The notes under the pieces: generated by a model | Told to the model about the DNA's origin: nothing | What the model saw: only the letters and a program-made list of their open reading frames with translations | Databases searched by the model: none | Shown: positions 62,014 to 64,000 of the stretch, piece after piece | Layout: every line of letters starts with the position of its first letter | Numbering within the stretch: the stretch's first letter is position 1 | Translations under genes and position numbers: made by a program | NCBI GenBank assembly: GCA_964655015.1 | Contig: CAZZKR010000022.1 | Location: 6,583 to 70,582, forward strand | Direction of reading: 5' to 3' | DNA length: 64,000 nt | Origin: an uncultured Nitrososphaeria archaeon | GTDB lineage: Archaea > Thermoproteota > Nitrososphaeria_A > Caldarchaeales > Wolframiiraptoraceae

Positions 62014-62240
62014 TTTTCAACACCTTTTAAACCCCGCTCGTTTGAGTAGTACAAAAGAAATTTTCGTATTCAATACGACCGCCTTTGTTATTTACGGGAA
62101 TTTCGTTAAAAATGATTTAAATATGTTTTAAACGAGGCACCAGCTCTTGAACGTTAATATTACGCAACCTTGGATGCCTCAAAGAAGTCCGCAAACCTTA
62201 AAAACAAGATGTGGTCGTAGTTTTCAATACGGTGGTTAAT

Positions 62241-62378
62241 ATGGTATATCCACACATATTCTCAATCGAAGAAGAGGAAGAATTCGAAGAAGAGTTTGAA
62301 GAGGAATTCGAGGAGGAAGAAGAATTCGAGGAAGAAGAGTTCGAAGAGGAAGAATTTGAGGAAGAGGAAGAATTTTAG
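62241..62378 (+). CDS. Candidate 45-aa acidic repeat micro-protein MVYPHIFSI(E3-5F)x7
   Basis: Hand translation with every codon checked. GGTGG lies 5 nt upstream of the ATG. It is below the ORF-track cut-off and could instead be a non-coding purine-rich tract. Confidence 0.35.
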   Translation: MVYPHIFSIEEEEEFEEEFEEEFEEEEEFEEEEFEEEEFEEEEEF

Positions 62379-62411
62379 CGCTTGATACTAATCACTTAAC
62401 TATCCTTTTAT

Positions 62412-62966
62412 TTATGCGCCTTTTCTAAACTCAACCACGCTTACCTCTTCGAAGAACAGTTTAACGGATTTGAGAGTTCTGTACTCGAGCCCCAGTTTTG
62501 ATGCTGCTGCCCATAACTTCTCCAGATCCGAAATGCTCGAAACCACCAATAGGATGCTACCAGCGTGTGAAAGCACATGATGGGCTTGACTTAGGAACTC
62601 TAACGAGGTTTCCACACCATGCTTGCCACCGAATATTGAAACGTCATTTAAGCACTCATCAGGAAGGTATGGAGGGTTGAAAACGATGAGCTCAAAGTCC
62701 GAGTTTTCCCTAAAGGCTGAGAGGAGATCGCAACAAACCACATCGGTATTAGCCCTTCGATTGTGCTTACGAAGCCGTTCCAACGTGGCATAGCACGCGT
62801 TCAGGTCTATGTCTGTAGCTATTACATAATCGGCCTTATGCGCCAAGGTCACAGAGATGACACCGCTACCGGAACCTACCTCCAACGCCTTTCTGACGTA
62901 GGGTGCTTCGTCGATGACATTCATTAGCAGAAAGGTATCCTCTGACGGTTGATACACCTCGTTCAT
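62412..62966 (-). CDS. Mtq2/PrmC(HemK)-like N5-glutamine methyltransferase
   Basis: VYQPSEDTFLL, EVGSGSG SAM motif, catalytic NPPY. The start is chosen at MNEVYQP (ATG 62964-62966), contiguous with the asnS stop rather than at ORF-track start 63038. Confidence 0.7.
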   Translation of the reverse strand: MNEVYQPSEDTFLLMNVIDEAPYVRKALEVGSGSGVISVTLAHKADYVIATDIDLNACYATLERLRKHNRRANTDVVCCDLLSAFRENSDFELIVFNPPYLPDECLNDVSIFGGKHGVETSLEFLSQAHHVLSHAGSILLVVSSISDLEKLWAAASKLGLEYRTLKSVKLFFEEVSVVEFRKGA

Positions 62967-64000
62967 GGATAAACCCTTGTCGGAGTTCTTGGAAATAGCG
63001 TGACGCTCCTGATATGCATCATGCCAAGTAGCCACCAAAGCATCCTTTCCAAGCCGAGGCCAAACCCACTATGCGGCACCGAACCGTACTTCCTTAAATC
63101 CAAATACCACTCATAATCCGAGGGGTTAAGACCAGCTTCCTTTATTCGCTGGACAAGTAGCTCGTAATCATGAATCCTTTGACCTCCTCCGACTATCTCA
63201 CCATAACCTCCGGGTGCCAGAAGGTCGGCGCTGAGCGTAACTCTGGGGTCTGACGGGTCCGGCATATGGTAGAAGGCCTTTGCTTCCTTGGGGTAATGGG
63301 TAACGAAAAATGGCTTATCGAACTCCTTAGAAAGCTCCCTCTCCTCGTCGGCCCCAAAATCCTGTCCCCATTCTATGTTGAAGCCTTTACCTCTTAGAAT
63401 CTCTAACGCCTCGGCATACTTTATTCTGGGATATGGAGGTTCTGCGATTGAGGCGTCTATACTCTTGCCCAAAATTTTAAGATAGGGCTTAGCTAACTCT
63501 GCCAACGCCTTGACAGTGTCGCCGACGAGCCTTTCCACAACCGCCATCATGTCCTCCAGCGTAGCGTTGGCCATTTCGGCCTCGACGTGCCAGAACTCAG
63601 TCAGATGCCTTCTGGTTCTGCTTAGCTCAGCCCTAAAGCTTGGCTGTATCGTGTAAACCTTCTCTAACCCGAATATTGCAGCCTCTTGATAGAACTGAAC
63701 ACTCTGAGTCAGATAGACGTTCTTGCCGAAGTAGTCTACCTTAAAAAGCGTGGCCCCTCCCTCGACAGCGGCCGTTATAAATGTGGGGCAGTGGATTTCA
63801 GTAAACCCGTTCTTCCTAAACCATTCGTGGAGGAGCCCCGTCAGTAACGCACGTATCTTCATTATAGCAGTAACCTTGGGGCTTCTGAGGTGTAGGTGCC
63901 TGTTGTCCAGTAGGAACTTAACGCTAGCACCGGGCTTTATCGGAAATTCGGCTATCGATTTGCCAATAACCTTAAACGACTTGCAGTGAATTTCCGTTCC
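62963..64000 (-). CDS. asnS: Asparaginyl-tRNA synthetase (5' end lies outside the window)
   Basis: FRAELSRTRRHLTEFWHVEAEMA, GGYGEIVGGGQRI, WYLDLRKYGSVPHSGFGLGLERM. The frame stays open upstream of M63862 to the window end (TEIHCKSFKVIGK...LLDNRHLHLRSPK). Confidence 0.85.
   Translation of the reverse strand, partial: GTEIHCKSFKVIGKSIAEFPIKPGASVKFLLDNRHLHLRSPKVTAIMKIRALLTGLLHEWFRKNGFTEIHCPTFITAAVEGGATLFKVDYFGKNVYLTQSVQFYQEAAIFGLEKVYTIQPSFRAELSRTRRHLTEFWHVEAEMANATLEDMMAVVERLVGDTVKALAELAKPYLKILGKSIDASIAEPPYPRIKYAEALEILRGKGFNIEWGQDFGADEERELSKEFDKPFFVTHYPKEAKAFYHMPDPSDPRVTLSADLLAPGGYGEIVGGGQRIHDYELLVQRIKEAGLNPSDYEWYLDLRKYGSVPHSGFGLGLERMLWWLLGMMHIRSVTLFPRTPTRVYP

Noticed and set aside
62268-62375. 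GAA/GAG-rich tract considered as a CRISPR array or simple tandem repeat
   Set aside because: The unit length is irregular (12-18 nt) with no repeat-spacer architecture, so it is not a CRISPR array. It is treated as a candidate coding repeat instead. No CRISPR array was seen anywhere in the window.

Overview
Archaeal chromosomal segment. Markers: archaellum operon, Top6A, archaeal DnaG, AglB, GPN-loop GTPase, Pelota, and three intron-containing tRNAs (one with two introns), which suggests a TACK/Thermoproteota-like lineage. Positions 1-40 kb and 58.6-64 kb are dense housekeeping genes: ArlB/CDE/F/G/H/I, an isolated L23-L2-S19 block, HisRS, IorAB, Prs, RNase Z, homocitrate synthase, an Fgd-SIS-Gnd cluster, PheA and AsnRS. 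A block of about 18 kb starts directly after tRNA-Leu (about 40.1-58.55 kb). By hand counts on sampled lines it is roughly 10 GC points lower than its flanks. It carries three modules: (1) FMN reductase, TusA, DsrE-like, NifS, IscU, a TRASH-like micro-ORF and a two-subunit 2-oxoacid:ferredoxin oxidoreductase; (2) the best candidate for a novel system, an operon of QmoC-like, QmoA-like, HdrA, MvhD, MvhG and MvhA with no CCG-domain (HdrB-type) partner in the window; (3) two GT-C-type membrane glycosyltransferase-like proteins divergent from a Thr-rich PGTT-repeat surface protein. Other oddities are a 45-aa (E3-5 F)x7 acidic micro-ORF, a frameshifted AAA+ ATPase remnant abutting an HTH gene beside tRNA-Thr and tRNA-Trp, and unannotated Zn-ribbon micro-ORFs. 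No CRISPR array, rRNA or recognisable integrase/transposase was seen. All family calls rest on motif recognition by eye; no searches were run.
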